A stretch of 64,000 bases of DNA from an uncultured delta proteobacterium (GTDB lineage: Bacteria > Myxococcota > UBA727 > VGSZ01): assembly GCA_963775425.1 (NCBI GenBank), contig CAVZJB010000003.1, forward strand, positions 1-64,000. Direction: 5' to 3'. The first letter of the stretch is position 1. Each line of letters begins with the position of its first letter. The position numbers and the translations under genes are program-made. Positions 39,703 to 50,093 of the stretch are shown piece by piece. The notes beneath the pieces were generated by a model. The model did no database searches, had not been told where the DNA came from, and saw only the letters and a program-made list of their open reading frames with translations.

Positions 39703-41429
39703 GCGGCCTCCGCCGTGAGCTGGGAGGCCACGATTTCCGCGTAGGTGGGGCACGACGCGCGCAGCTCGTCGTGCGTGCCGCGGCCGACGACGGCGCCGTG
39801 CTCGAGGACCACGATCTGATCCGCGTCGACGATGGTGGCGACGCGCTGGGCGATGATGAGCACGACGGCGTCGCGCGTGACGTCCTTGAGCGCGCGGCGC
39901 AAGCGGGCGTCGGTGGCGACGTCGAGCGCCGAGAAGGAGTCATCGAAGAGGTACACCTGCGGGCGACGGATGAGCGCGCGCGCGATGGCGAGGCGTTGCC
40001 GCTGGCCGCCGGAGACGTTGGTCCCGCCTTGCGCGATGGCCGACTCCAGGCCCTGCGGCATGGCGGCGACGAAGTCCTTGGCCTGCGCGATGTCGAGCGC
40101 TTGCCACATCTCCTCTTCACTCGCGTCGGGCTTGCCGTAGCGCAGGTTGGACGCCACCGTTCCCGAGAAGAGGTAGGTCTTTTGCGGCACGACGCCGATC
40201 CTGCTCCACAGAGTGTCGGGGTCGATGTCGCGCACGTCGACGCCGTTGACGAGCACGCGCCCGCTGGTGGCGTCGGCGAGCCGCGGGATGAGGTTGACGA
40301 GGGTGGTCTTGCCCGTGCCTGTCGAGCCCACCACCGCCACAGTCGTCCCCGCCCGCACGCTGAACGAGATGTCCTCGAGGACGGGCTTGCCCGCCCCGGG
40401 GAACGAGAAGCCGACGTGATCGAGCTCGAGCGAGGTGCCGCCGGGCAGCTCGGTGACACCTGCCGCCGGCGCCAGCACCGACGGCCGGGTGTCGAGGACC
40501 TCGCGGATGCGTTCGCTCGACGCGGCGGCGCGCGGGACCATCATGAGCATGAACGTCGACATCATCACGGCCATGAGGATCAGGATGAGATAGGTGAGGA
40601 ACGCCGTGAGGGAGCCGATGGGCATCGCGCCGCTGTCGACGCGCCCGCCGCCGAACCAGAGCACGGCCACGGTGGCCGCGTTCATCACCAGCATCACCGC
40701 CGGGAAGATGGCCGCCATCCAGCGTCCGACGGCGATCGCGACGGCGGTGAGGTCCGTGTTGGCCTCCGCGAAGCGCTCGCTCTCGAAGCGCTCGCGAACG
40801 AAAGCGCGCACGACGCGGATGCCGCTCGTCTGCTCGCGCAGCACCTTGTTCACGACGTCAAGCCGCTTCTGCATCAAGCGGAAGCCCGGCACCATGCGCG
40901 TGATGATCAACCCGATCATCAGCACCATGATGGGGACGACGGCGGCGAACAGCCATGACAGGCCGACGTCCTCGCGCAGCGCCATGACCACCCCGCCGAT
41001 CATCGTGATGGGCGCCGAGATGAGCATGGTGAACGTCATCAGCACGAGCATCTGCACCTGCTGGACGTCGTTGGTGTTGCGCGTGAGGAGTGACGGCGCG
41101 CCGAAGCCCGCCACCTCCCGCGACGAGAACTCCAGCGCACCCTTGAAGATTGCTGCGCGGAGGTCCCGGCCGAACGCCATGGCGGTGCGCGCCCCGAAGT
41201 AGACGGCGACGATGGTGCACGCGGCCTGGAGCAGCGAGACGGCCAACATCACGCCGCCGGTGCGCAGGATGTAGCTCGTGTCGCCGAGCAACACGCCGTG
41301 ATCGATGATGTCGGCGTTCAAGCTCGGCAGGTAGAGCGACGCGATGGTGCCGACGAGCTGCAAGCCGACGACGGCGAGCATCTCCCGCCAATAGGGCCTG
41401 AGGTACTCCCGCAGGATTCGCAACAGCAT
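39699..41429 (-). CDS. Heterodimeric ABC exporter, degenerate-site subunit
   Basis: GSTGTGKT, SGGQRQR, FDDSFSALD, IAQR. Confidence 0.93.
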   Translation of the reverse strand: MLLRILREYLRPYWREMLAVVGLQLVGTIASLYLPSLNADIIDHGVLLGDTSYILRTGGVMLAVSLLQAACTIVAVYFGARTAMAFGRDLRAAIFKGALEFSSREVAGFGAPSLLTRNTNDVQQVQMLVLMTFTMLISAPITMIGGVVMALREDVGLSWLFAAVVPIMVLMIGLIITRMVPGFRLMQKRLDVVNKVLREQTSGIRVVRAFVRERFESERFAEANTDLTAVAIAVGRWMAAIFPAVMLVMNAATVAVLWFGGGRVDSGAMPIGSLTAFLTYLILILMAVMMSTFMLMMVPRAAASSERIREVLDTRPSVLAPAAGVTELPGGTSLELDHVGFSFPGAGKPVLEDISFSVRAGTTVAVVGSTGTGKTTLVNLIPRLADATSGRVLVNGVDVRDIDPDTLWSRIGVVPQKTYLFSGTVASNLRYGKPDASEEEMWQALDIAQAKDFVAAMPQGLESAIAQGGTNVSGGQRQRLAIARALIRRPQVYLFDDSFSALDVATDARLRRALKDVTRDAVVLIIAQRVATIVDADQIVVLEHGAVVGRGTHDELRASCPTYAEIVASQLTAEAA

Positions 41430-41539
41430 CTACGTCGCTCCGGGCCGCGACCATAGTCGCCGGAGTCGGCAACACCAAGGGGACCAGCGCGCGACTCCAC
41501 TTCCCTCTCCGCCCTGCTGCCGCGCTACGCTCGCGCCCG

Positions 41540-42481
41540 ATGGACTCCATGCCCGATGACATCCGCGACGCCGTCGCGCGCGCCTTCCCAGGCGACGCCG
41601 TCGAAGACGTCGAGCGGCTCGGCGGTGGCCGCTCAGGCGCTCACGTCTTCGCGTTTCGCGCCGGCGGGCGCGCGTTCGTCGCCCGCGTGAGCGCAGGCTA
41701 CACGCGCGCCGGTCGCGCCCAGGCGCCGCGCGAGCTCGCTTGCATGCGCGCAGCCGCCGGCGCGGCGCTCGCCCCGGCGGTCATCGCCGTCGACGAGGAC
41801 GCGGGTGTCGTCGTGCTCGAGCGCTTCGAGGGCGCGCCCTTCAAGCGCGACGACGAGACCATCCGGCGATTCGGCCGCGCGCTCAGAGCCCTGCATGCGG
41901 TGACGCCGCCGTTTCCTGCGCTCCCGCCGCTCGGCGACCTCGTCGCGATGGTGGACGATGTCGTGCGTGCGGCCGGGGGCGCGGGCGTAGCCCCCTCGAT
42001 CGCCGAGACGATGAAGCTGCTTTCCCCTCGGGCCGCTGAAGGCGCGACGCTCGTGTCGTGCCACAACGATCTCAACCCGACGAACATCCTGCTCGGCGAG
42101 GACCGCGTGGTCTTCGTGGATTGGGAGTCGGCCGGCGCGGCGGACCCCTGGTTCGACCTCGCCGTCGCGGGGGTCTTCGCGTGTCCCGGCGACGCGCACC
42201 GCGCGCTGCTCATGGAGGCGTACCTCGGCCACGCGCCGTCGGCGGACGAGCGCGCGCGTGGCGCGCTGTTCCGTGTGCTCGCGCTCGGCTACTACGCCGC
42301 CGCGCTGACCCTCGTGGCACATCGGCATGGGCAGCGCGTCGACGACGCCGAGGCGGAAGAGCTCGGCGTCGTGCTCCGCGCCATGGGGACGACACCGCCG
42401 CGCGTCGTCGCCGCCACGCTCGCGCGCGAGATGCTGCGACTGCGCAGCGAGCTCCCCGGGGAAGCCTCGCCGACTTCGTAG
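41540..42481 (+). CDS. APH/choline kinase-family phosphotransferase
   Basis: LGGGRSG, CHNDLNPTNIL, VDWE, DPWFDLA. Confidence 0.88.
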   Translation: MDSMPDDIRDAVARAFPGDAVEDVERLGGGRSGAHVFAFRAGGRAFVARVSAGYTRAGRAQAPRELACMRAAAGAALAPAVIAVDEDAGVVVLERFEGAPFKRDDETIRRFGRALRALHAVTPPFPALPPLGDLVAMVDDVVRAAGGAGVAPSIAETMKLLSPRAAEGATLVSCHNDLNPTNILLGEDRVVFVDWESAGAADPWFDLAVAGVFACPGDAHRALLMEAYLGHAPSADERARGALFRVLALGYYAAALTLVAHRHGQRVDDAEAEELGVVLRAMGTTPPRVVAATLAREMLRLRSELPGEASPTS

Positions 42482-42514
42482 GACCGACGGCCATCGCGCC
42501 GGAGTGAGGGGCGC

Positions 42515-42926
42515 GTGTTGTCGAACGCTTGGCCGCATCCATTCCACCCGAGAGACTGGTCGTCGATTGCGGAGCTCTTCGAGGAGCTCGCCGTCGAGAA
42601 CCCTCAGCTTCTGCACATGGCGCGTGTCGCGGAGAGCGTCATCGACTCGCGCAGCACCGATTCTGATCGCGGGGTGTACGTCGCTGCAAGACCTCGTCGT
42701 CGCACCGATGCCGATCCCGGAGCCGCCCCTGGAAGTCGTGGTGGTTCGAGCGCCCGGCTCGCTTCGCGCGCCCAAGCCCGGCGAGGTCATCGTCGAGCAC
42801 CTCTCGCACACCGGGAACAACGACGTCATCGCGCGTCCGGTCGCCGACGCCGTGCCCTTGTTCTGGCGTTTCATCATCGAGAAGCTCGGGGTTCATCCGG
42901 CGGCAGCACCCGTCGAGCGCACATGA
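42515..42926 (+). pseudogene. Small hypothetical gene split by a +1 frameshift near 42660
   Basis: SNAWPHPF...IDSRST continues in the next frame as LIAGCTSLQDLVV...PLFWRFIIEKLGVHP; GAGGGG SD. Confidence 0.5.
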
Positions 42927-43007
42927 CCGTCGTCGGTCGGCCAGTCTGCCTCGGGGCTTGTGTGCCTCTGATGCCGGGCTATGACGAGCGCGCGGGAGAC
43001 GCGGACC

Positions 43008-43210
43008 ATGACAATCGACCTCTGGACGCTCGTCGCGGCCGTCGGGCTGACCTGGCTTCTGATTATCGTCGCGGCGACGCCCAACCTCCTCGCGAGCCCC
43101 GCGTGGTCGCTCGGCAACCGCGAGCAGGCGTGAAGGTGCTGCGCACGGTCGCCTGGGCGGTCTCCGTCGGCGGGATGGTCGTCATCGTCTGGGGCATGCT
43201 GGCCGCCTAG
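43008..43210 (+). pseudogene. MAPEG-family gene with its centre deleted
   Basis: N-terminus MTIDLWTLVAAVGLTWLL..GNRE joined out of frame to C-terminus LRTVAWAVSVGGMVVI; the middle (RAHxN..E) is missing. Confidence 0.6.
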
Positions 43211-43243
43211 ACCCGGCGAGGGGCGACCGCGCCGGACAGACCG

Positions 43244-44062
43244 TCAGCGCGGGCGGAATCCGATGGTGCGGGACACCGAGAGCGGCTGCTTCGCCGGGGG
43301 AAACAGGAGCCCGCGAATCACGTTGCGGGTGCAGCGGGCGAGGTGCGTGGACGCCGTGCCACGGCCTTGGGGGACGACGCGCGCGTGACGGACGTCGCCG
43401 CGCACGCCGACGGTGAACGAGATGGTGAGGCTCTCGCGCAGCGTCGCGTTCGTCTTCGAGGCGCGCTCATAGCAGGAGCGGAGCGCGTTCGCGCTCTGGC
43501 GCATGACGCGCTCGACGGTGGCTGTGTCCACCACGCCGTCGAGGCGCTCGTCGATCGGCGCGTTCACCCGCACCGCCGTTTTCGGCGCAACGAGGGGGGC
43601 CGTCGCGCCGACCCGATCGAGCCGTTGGAGGAACGCGTCGTTGTTCAGGGCGGCGAGGAGCGCCGCGCGGCCCAGGTGATGGGGGCGCGCCGTGCCCGGC
43701 CGCGGCGCGGGTGCGGGCGCTTCCGCGGCAGGCGCCGGCTCGTCGGGGGCAGCAGCAGCCTCGGGCGCGGGGGCCTCGGGCGCAGGGGCCTCGGGCGCGG
43801 GGGCCTCGGGCGCGGGGGCCTCGGCTGCGAGCGCCGGGACGTCCTGCGCGGCGACGACGGGCGGCGCATCGTTCAGCGCGGGGCGTGTGAGCGCCGCCGC
43901 CGGCGCGACGCGAGCGGGGGCAGCGGAGCGGCGCGCCGCGAACGGCGACGAGAGCACAAACGCGACCACTGCCAGGGCGAGCCCGGCCCCGAGCGCGCAC
44001 AAGGTCGCCGAAGGGCGCTTGTGCACGTCGATGACGTCGATGGCGAAGTCGAGGCCGCTCAT
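43244..44062 (-). CDS. AgmX/PglI C-terminal (TonB-C-like) domain membrane protein
   Basis: TM helix, PEAPA linker, LRSCYER...ISFTV..GDV..LARC..FPP; GGAGGT SD. Confidence 0.78.
   Translation of the reverse strand: MSGLDFAIDVIDVHKRPSATLCALGAGLALAVVAFVLSSPFAARRSAAPARVAPAAALTRPALNDAPPVVAAQDVPALAAEAPAPEAPAPEAPAPEAPAPEAAAAPDEPAPAAEAPAPAPRPGTARPHHLGRAALLAALNNDAFLQRLDRVGATAPLVAPKTAVRVNAPIDERLDGVVDTATVERVMRQSANALRSCYERASKTNATLRESLTISFTVGVRGDVRHARVVPQGRGTASTHLARCTRNVIRGLLFPPAKQPLSVSRTIGFRPR
43757..43826 (-). repeat. 15-bp tandem repeat encoding (APEAP)n
   Basis: GCCTCGGGCGCGGGG repeated ~4 times. Confidence 0.8.
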
Positions 44063-44250
44063 ACCTCCGAGATCGGCCGAGGAGGCTCGGTCCTGAACCC
44101 GGATCCGCAGCCGGCGGATCGAGGCGCACGCCACGCGAGCGACGTCATTCTGAGCAGCTCTCTCCATGCCCGCGCGTCAAGGATCCGGCGCCTGCGGCCG
44201 CGACGATCGACACGGGTGTGTCGCCGGAGCCGAACGGCAGCGCGTGCCGA

Positions 44251-44772
44251 TCACGAGGCGCCGTCAGGAGCGCCAGGCCGCCGCGCCACGAGCGCGACGA
44301 GCTTGTCGAGCTGCCCGTCCCAGCCCATGGTCTTCATCTTCGTCCAGTGCGCGTCGTGCATCGACGTGATGTTCACGACCACGCGCGTGCCGCCGCCGTC
44401 GAGCGGCCACATGTCGACCGTGGTCTCGTTCGTGTACGGGTCCACGCCGGGGACGAAGTCGACGGCGCCGTGCCACGCCAGGCGGCGGTGCACCTGGACG
44501 TCGTCGTAGTCGCCGCGGTCGTGGGTGGTGACGGCGACGCCCGTGGACTTCAGGTAGGCGATGATCTCCGGCTCCACCGCGGTCATCGCGATCTCGAAGC
44601 CGCCGCCGACGCGCACCTCGATGCGTGTGACCTCGGAGCGAAAGCCGTCGGGCCCCCACCACCTCTCGAGGCCGGCCTTCGTCGTCCACATCGGCCACAC
44701 GCGGGCGACGTCCGCGCGCAGCTCCCGCTCCAGGGCGATCAGCTCGCCTCTCATCGGGTGCTCGTTGTTCAC
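44251..44772 (-). CDS. SRPBCC (AHSA1-like) domain protein
   Basis: VWPMWT..LERWWGPDGF..EVRVGG..GWDGQLDKL; coupled to ArsR. Confidence 0.88.
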   Translation of the reverse strand: MNNEHPMRGELIALERELRADVARVWPMWTTKAGLERWWGPDGFRSEVTRIEVRVGGGFEIAMTAVEPEIIAYLKSTGVAVTTHDRGDYDDVQVHRRLAWHGAVDFVPGVDPYTNETTVDMWPLDGGGTRVVVNITSMHDAHWTKMKTMGWDGQLDKLVALVARRPGAPDGAS

Positions 44773-45101
44773 TCGTCTTCCTCCAATGCTCGCTCCAGGC
44801 GGGAGAGGCGATCGCTCCACGTCCTCCGCAGGACGTCGATCCACGTGGCCGCGTCCTCGAGGGGCTTCGGGTTTCGCGACAGCCAATGCTCGCGGCCGGC
44901 GCGCCGGCGCCTCACGAGCTGCGCGCGCTCGAGGATGCGGATGTGCTTGGACACCGAGTTCAGCGAGATGTCGAACGGCGCGGCGAGGTCCGTGACGCGC
45001 GCCTCGCCCTTGCCGAGCCGAAGCAGGATCGCCCGCCGCGTAGGATCCGCGAGCGCGTGCAGCGTGAAGTCGAGCTTCTGGGCGGCGCCGGCCATATTCA
45101 T
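44769..45101 (-). CDS. ArsR-family transcriptional regulator
   Basis: ALADPTRRAIL..VTDLAAPFDISLNSVSKHIRILERAQLV..GRE. Confidence 0.92.
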   Translation of the reverse strand: MNMAGAAQKLDFTLHALADPTRRAILLRLGKGEARVTDLAAPFDISLNSVSKHIRILERAQLVRRRRAGREHWLSRNPKPLEDAATWIDVLRRTWSDRLSRLERALEEDE

Positions 45102-45205
45102 CCTTTAGGATGAATATGGCGATCGTGTCAAGCGGTGGGCGAAAGCACCCTGCGCGCGTGCCGCGAGGAAGGCAGCCGTGCGCGCCGGCGATCGACACGC
45201 CTAGG

Positions 45206-46261
45206 ATGCTCGCGTCCCTCGAGGTGTCCGTGATCGCATCGCCCGCCCGCTCCCACGTCCTCCTCTTCGCCGTCGCCGCCGCGCTCTCCGCCGGCGCCGC
45301 CATGATCTCCTCCTGTGCGCTGCCGCCTCCACAGCACGCGGACGGCGAGGGCGAAGGCGACGCAGGCGAAGGCGAAGGCGAAGGCGACGCCGGCGAAGGC
45401 GAAGGCGAAGGCGAAGGCGACGCCGGCGAAGGCGAAGGCGACGCCGCTGAAGGCGAAGGCGAGGGCGACGCCGCTGAAGGCGAAGGCGAGGGCGACGCCG
45501 GTGAAGGTGAAGGTGAAGGTGAGGGCGAAGGCGAGGGCGACGCCGGACCGGCCGTCGACGTCATCGTCGGCGTCGGCTACGGCGGCATCCGCATCCTCTC
45601 CGTCGATCACGGCGAGCATTGGTGCGAGAGCGCCATCGACGATCCCAACGGCGGCGACGATCCGCGCCTGTTGCGCGAGGTCACCACCGGCGACGGACAG
45701 TTCGTCGCCGCCGGGTGGGACCACCTGTACGTGTCGCAAAACGGCTGGGCCTGGCAGGACGTGCTCGGCGGAAACGGCACCCCCACGGGACAGTGGATCG
45801 GCGGCATCCGCTATGACGGCGTCGGCACCTGGCTCTCCTGCGGCGGCTTCGGCACCGCCATGCGCTCCTCCGACGCGCGCGCCTGGCAGAGCATCGACTA
45901 CCCAGGCACCGCCGCCGGCCGCGAGCTCGCGTTCGGCAACGGCGAGTTCGTCTGCAGCGACGACGGCGGCTGGCAAGCGACCTTCGACGGCGGCGACACC
46001 TGGCAGAGCGTAGCGGGCAGCGGCCGCGTCGAGTTCCGCGACGGCGCGTTCCAGCAGGACGACGGCGTCACCCCCGCCTTCGGCGTCAACGTGCGCTACG
46101 ACTGGCCCACCGGCGTCGCGGTCTCTGCGCAGGGCGGCGGCTTCCAGATCAAGTTCGCGCCGCGGGAGCCCATCGAGCGCTTCGCGTTCATGAGCGTGAG
46201 CGCCGCGGCCTTCGCCGTCGACACGATGCCGTCGACGTTGCGCCAATGCCTCGGCCTCTGA
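45206..46261 (+). CDS. Putative lipoprotein with (GE)n linker and BNR/Asp-box-like propeller; start uncertain
   Basis: ISSC lipobox-like; GEGEGD repeats; SVDHGEHW, SQNGWAW, SSDARAW, TFDGGDTW. Confidence 0.72.
   Translation: MLASLEVSVIASPARSHVLLFAVAAALSAGAAMISSCALPPPQHADGEGEGDAGEGEGEGDAGEGEGEGEGDAGEGEGDAAEGEGEGDAAEGEGEGDAGEGEGEGEGEGEGDAGPAVDVIVGVGYGGIRILSVDHGEHWCESAIDDPNGGDDPRLLREVTTGDGQFVAAGWDHLYVSQNGWAWQDVLGGNGTPTGQWIGGIRYDGVGTWLSCGGFGTAMRSSDARAWQSIDYPGTAAGRELAFGNGEFVCSDDGGWQATFDGGDTWQSVAGSGRVEFRDGAFQQDDGVTPAFGVNVRYDWPTGVAVSAQGGGFQIKFAPREPIERFAFMSVSAAAFAVDTMPSTLRQCLGL
45343..45545 (+). repeat. Low-complexity (Gly-Glu)n/GEGDA coding repeat
   Basis: GGCGAA/GGCGAG hexamer tandem array. Confidence 0.9.
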
Positions 46262-46368
46262 AAAGCGACGCGCGGGACACGCCCGCGCCCTGGCGTGTTC
46301 TGCGCATCGTGCGGCATCGTTCTGCGCCACCACGCGCGGCTTCCGTGACAGCGCCTTGATCGGTGTTC

Positions 46369-48261
46369 CTAGGTGCCGGGGCGGTGCTTGAGCCGCTGTT
46401 CCCACGACGCGTGGTACGCGGGGATGCGGTGGCGCCCGAGGCCCACCGGTTGCGCGAGCAGGTCCTTGGACTGCGCGAAGGTGTTTTCGTGCATCCACTC
46501 GTGCGCGGCCGAGTCCTTCGTCGCCTGCTGCGGCGGCACCTCGAAGGTGCCCGCGAGGTACTCGGTGTCGCGCAGTCCCTGCCAGCCCTCCTCCTCGGCC
46601 AGCCACGGCTTCCCCTCGGGGATCTCCGTGACGTACAGGGCCACCTTCATGCCCTCCCTGGCCACCGTGCCGGAGACGGCGTCGAGCGCTGCGTTCTTCG
46701 CCTTGTCGTGCGACGGGTTCGGGAAGTCCGTGGGCTCGACGACCTTCACACGGAACTGCACGTAGCGGCCGCCGATGAAGTATGCGTGGCGACCGTAGAG
46801 CTGGTGCTCGTGGAAGGCCTGCTTGTTCGCTTCGCTGCAGGCGTCCTGCGCGGACTTGATCTCGCCGATGCGTTCGAACAGCTCGCCGTTGGCGATGCCC
46901 TCGCCGAGGAAGCGCACGAGCCGCCCTGGGGTGGAGTCGGCGAGCGTTCCGTCGGGCGCCGTGGTCAAGCGCTCGGTGAACAGCGTGTGCTTGCGCGCGG
47001 TGTTGGCGTGCGTGGTCTGGCCGGCGTTGGCCGTGATGTCGAGCACCTGCCTGGCGGTGCCCTTGTCGAGGCTGCCCTCGAGGGGGAGCACGATGCGCAC
47101 GCCGGGCTGGTGCGGCTTGGAGTCCGGCTCGTCGGGGTTGGTCTGGCTGCCCGAGACGCGAATCATCCCGCCCTTCACCACCTTGCCGAACAGATCCTTG
47201 ACCCAGTCCGGTGCGGCGTCCGCCGTCTTCATCGTGACGTCACCGAATTCGACGCCCTTGGCGTGGTTGCCGCGCGCGAACGGGCACGTGGCGCCTCGCT
47301 TCTTCGCCGTCTCGATGATGGCCTTCTGGATGTTGTCGAGCCCCGGCAGCACCTCGTGGTTCCACTCGTCGAAGAAGCCGGTGCAGCCGCCCCGAGGGTG
47401 CTCGACGCCGTCGCTGGCTTTGAGCTGGCCGCTGTCGCCCGTTGTCAGCTTCTTGAGCGCGGGGTCCGCGAGGAGCGCCTCGCGGTCCGCCGGCGACGCC
47501 TTGAGGATGCCGCGCTGCAGCAGCATGACGACGATGTCGGCGGTGGCCGGGTCATGGGTGCCGGCGGCGGCCGCCGCGAGCTTCTTGGCGTCCCCCGCGG
47601 CCAGCGGGAGGTCGAGCTTGGGGAACTTGAACGCGCTGAACCCCGTGTGCGCGTAGTTCTTTGCGTCTTGATCGGCCTTGCGCCGATAGGACTCGTAGAC
47701 CTGCAGCGTGCGGGCCGCCTTCTTCACCGCGGCGGGGCTCGACGACACGAGCGCCTCGACGAGCGCCGCCGCCACCTTCTCCGCCGGCACGTCACCGCTG
47801 CGAACGCGCAGCAGATCGCGCGCGGAGGGGACGGACTCGAGGGGGCCCCTGGCGCTGGCGCCGAAGACCTGGGCCGTGGATCGCGCGTGCGCGGTAAAGT
47901 CCTGGCCGTTCCCCTTCACCCCGAGGCTCTCGACGTCATCGTTCTTGCCCGCGCGCAGGCCGAAGAGGCCGGCCGCGTCGTGGCCGCCGTCGGCGGCGTG
48001 GAAGGCGGGGGCGTGGTCGCTGCCGGTGGTGGCCGCGGTCTTCTTGTCGCCGCTCGCCTCAAAGAGCGCGTCGAGGCCGTGCTCGAAGGCGAGCGCCGCG
48101 GCCGCGCGGAGCTGGCCGACGTCGACGCCGCTCTTCTTGCTGAGCGCTTCGGCGGCGCCGGCCTCGCCCTTGGCCACGGCGGTGAGCGCGCCGCGGAGCG
48201 AGTCCGGGTCCCGTCGCGCGAGGCGGGTGAGTGCGGTGCGGGTGTCGGTGCTGATGGTCAT
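46369..48261 (-). CDS. Catalase-related heme protein with ~300-aa N-terminal extension
   Basis: RGNHAKG (distal His), IRVS, DITAN, C-terminal RHRIPAYHAS (RxxxY proximal Tyr). Confidence 0.72.
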   Translation of the reverse strand: MTISTDTRTALTRLARRDPDSLRGALTAVAKGEAGAAEALSKKSGVDVGQLRAAAALAFEHGLDALFEASGDKKTAATTGSDHAPAFHAADGGHDAAGLFGLRAGKNDDVESLGVKGNGQDFTAHARSTAQVFGASARGPLESVPSARDLLRVRSGDVPAEKVAAALVEALVSSSPAAVKKAARTLQVYESYRRKADQDAKNYAHTGFSAFKFPKLDLPLAAGDAKKLAAAAAGTHDPATADIVVMLLQRGILKASPADREALLADPALKKLTTGDSGQLKASDGVEHPRGGCTGFFDEWNHEVLPGLDNIQKAIIETAKKRGATCPFARGNHAKGVEFGDVTMKTADAAPDWVKDLFGKVVKGGMIRVSGSQTNPDEPDSKPHQPGVRIVLPLEGSLDKGTARQVLDITANAGQTTHANTARKHTLFTERLTTAPDGTLADSTPGRLVRFLGEGIANGELFERIGEIKSAQDACSEANKQAFHEHQLYGRHAYFIGGRYVQFRVKVVEPTDFPNPSHDKAKNAALDAVSGTVAREGMKVALYVTEIPEGKPWLAEEEGWQGLRDTEYLAGTFEVPPQQATKDSAAHEWMHENTFAQSKDLLAQPVGLGRHRIPAYHASWEQRLKHRPGT

Positions 48262-48328
48262 GCGCGCCCCTCGCACTCTAGCGCCACGCCGGGCGCTTTG
48301 GCGGAGCGCGGCGGCGGGGGGCCGAACG

Positions 48329-48573
48329 CTACGCGGCGCCGTCGCCGATCCAGGCGAGGGCCTGCAGGAGGACGTCGGGGAGCTTGGCGATGGACGCGAG
48401 CTTGGAGATCTGGCCGCCGAGCGCGTCGACGAAGAGGGCCGCCGAGGCCTTGTCGAGGTGCCCGTGGGCGGCGCCGAGGAAGCGCAGGTCGAGCGCCGCC
48501 AGCGCCTCCAACAGCGGCGCGAGCTCCCCTTTGTCCTCGAAGAAGCAGAAGTCGGACAGGCGCAGCCGGCGGA

Positions 48574-48577
<4 letters not shown>
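48329..48577 (-). CDS. Small hypothetical protein
   Basis: GTG overlapping the upstream stop; helical, protein-like composition. Confidence 0.45.
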
Positions 48578-48837
<260 letters not shown>

Positions 48838-48892
48838 GGGGCTTGACATAGACCGTCTTTCGCCGGCGCACACGCGGGCGTAAGCGACGCCC

Positions 48893-49357
48893 GTGACGTC
48901 GCGCACGCTGCGCCTGCGCATCGAGCTCGTCCCCGAGCCGCTGTGGGGCCGGAACCTGCGCGCGCTCCTGTCGCCCGGCGCCTGGCAGAAGCTGCGCAAG
49001 AAGCTCATCGCCGAGCGCGGCCTCACCTGCGCCATCTGCGGCGCCGTCGAGGAGAGCGCGAAGAGGATCCACGCCCACGAGGAGTGGAGCTACGACACCA
49101 CGCAGACCCCCGCGGTGGCGCGGGTCAGCCGGGTGGAGCTGGTCTGCGCGAGGTGCCACGCCGTCGAGCACTTCGGCCGCCTGCGCCGCCTGTACAAGGA
49201 CGGCAGGCTCGAGGAGCGCGTGCTCGAGGACGTCATCGCGCACTTCTGCGCGGTCAACGAGGTCGACGTCGACGCGTTCCTCGCGCACGAGGACGAAGCC
49301 GTGCGCGAGTGGCGCCGCTTGAACCGCGTCGCCGACTGGATCGTGGACCCGGGGTGA
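48893..49357 (+). CDS. HNH endonuclease-like protein
   Basis: IELVP..W..NLR, CAICG, HAHEEW, CARCHAVEH. Confidence 0.8.
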   Translation: MTSRTLRLRIELVPEPLWGRNLRALLSPGAWQKLRKKLIAERGLTCAICGAVEESAKRIHAHEEWSYDTTQTPAVARVSRVELVCARCHAVEHFGRLRRLYKDGRLEERVLEDVIAHFCAVNEVDVDAFLAHEDEAVREWRRLNRVADWIVDPG

Positions 49358-49454
49358 GACGGGCGCGAAGGCGCCGGCTCGGCGGCCTGGGCCGCGCGTG
49401 TCCACGCTGCGCGCGCGCTTGCTCGCCGCCGCCGGCTCCCCCGACAATGCGCGC

Positions 49455-50093
49455 ATGGTGAAGCTCGCCGCCGTCGTCCTCGCGCTCTGCTCCAGCGCCG
49501 CCCTCGCCCACATCGAGCTCGTGCAGCCGCAGCCGCGCTACGCGAACACGCTCGGCGAGGTGAACAAGAACTGTCCCTGCGGCGGCGGCGGCGGCGGCCA
49601 GACCTGCACCGCCGGCGTCACCAGCGATCCCAACCGCGACGAGTCGCGCGCCACCGCCGTCGCGCCGGGCTCCACCATCACGGTGAAGTGGAAGGAGACC
49701 ATCGATCACACCGGGCGCTTCCGCATCGCCTTCGACGACGACGGCGCCGACCTCGCCGACTTCAACGCCAACATCCTCGCCGACATCGCCGACCCGGCCA
49801 ACACCACCGGCGACAAGTCCGCGGAGGTGACCCTGCCGTCCACGCCGTGCGACAACTGCACGCTTCAGCTCATCCAGGACATGAACGGCGACGACGTCGA
49901 CGCCGTCGCCGACCCCACCGGCGACCCCACCTACTTCCAGTGCGCCGACCTGGTCCTCAAGGAAGGCGCGCCCACCGATCTCGGCGGCGGGTGCGCTGCC
50001 GTGCCCGGAGCGGCGCCGTCGGTGTGTGCGCTCGCGCTCGCCCTGTGCGCGCGCCGGCGGCTCACGCGATGGGATCGCCGACGGCGCGCTTGA
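49455..50093 (+). CDS. Secreted LPMO-like (SCE4755-type) protein with MYXO-CTERM-like tail
   Basis: Signal peptide cleaved before His (ALA|HIEL), PCG, ETIDHTG, PCDNCTLQLIQ, YFQCAD, GGGC-TM-RRR. Confidence 0.82.
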   Translation: MVKLAAVVLALCSSAALAHIELVQPQPRYANTLGEVNKNCPCGGGGGGQTCTAGVTSDPNRDESRATAVAPGSTITVKWKETIDHTGRFRIAFDDDGADLADFNANILADIADPANTTGDKSAEVTLPSTPCDNCTLQLIQDMNGDDVDAVADPTGDPTYFQCADLVLKEGAPTDLGGGCAAVPGAAPSVCALALALCARRRLTRWDRRRRA

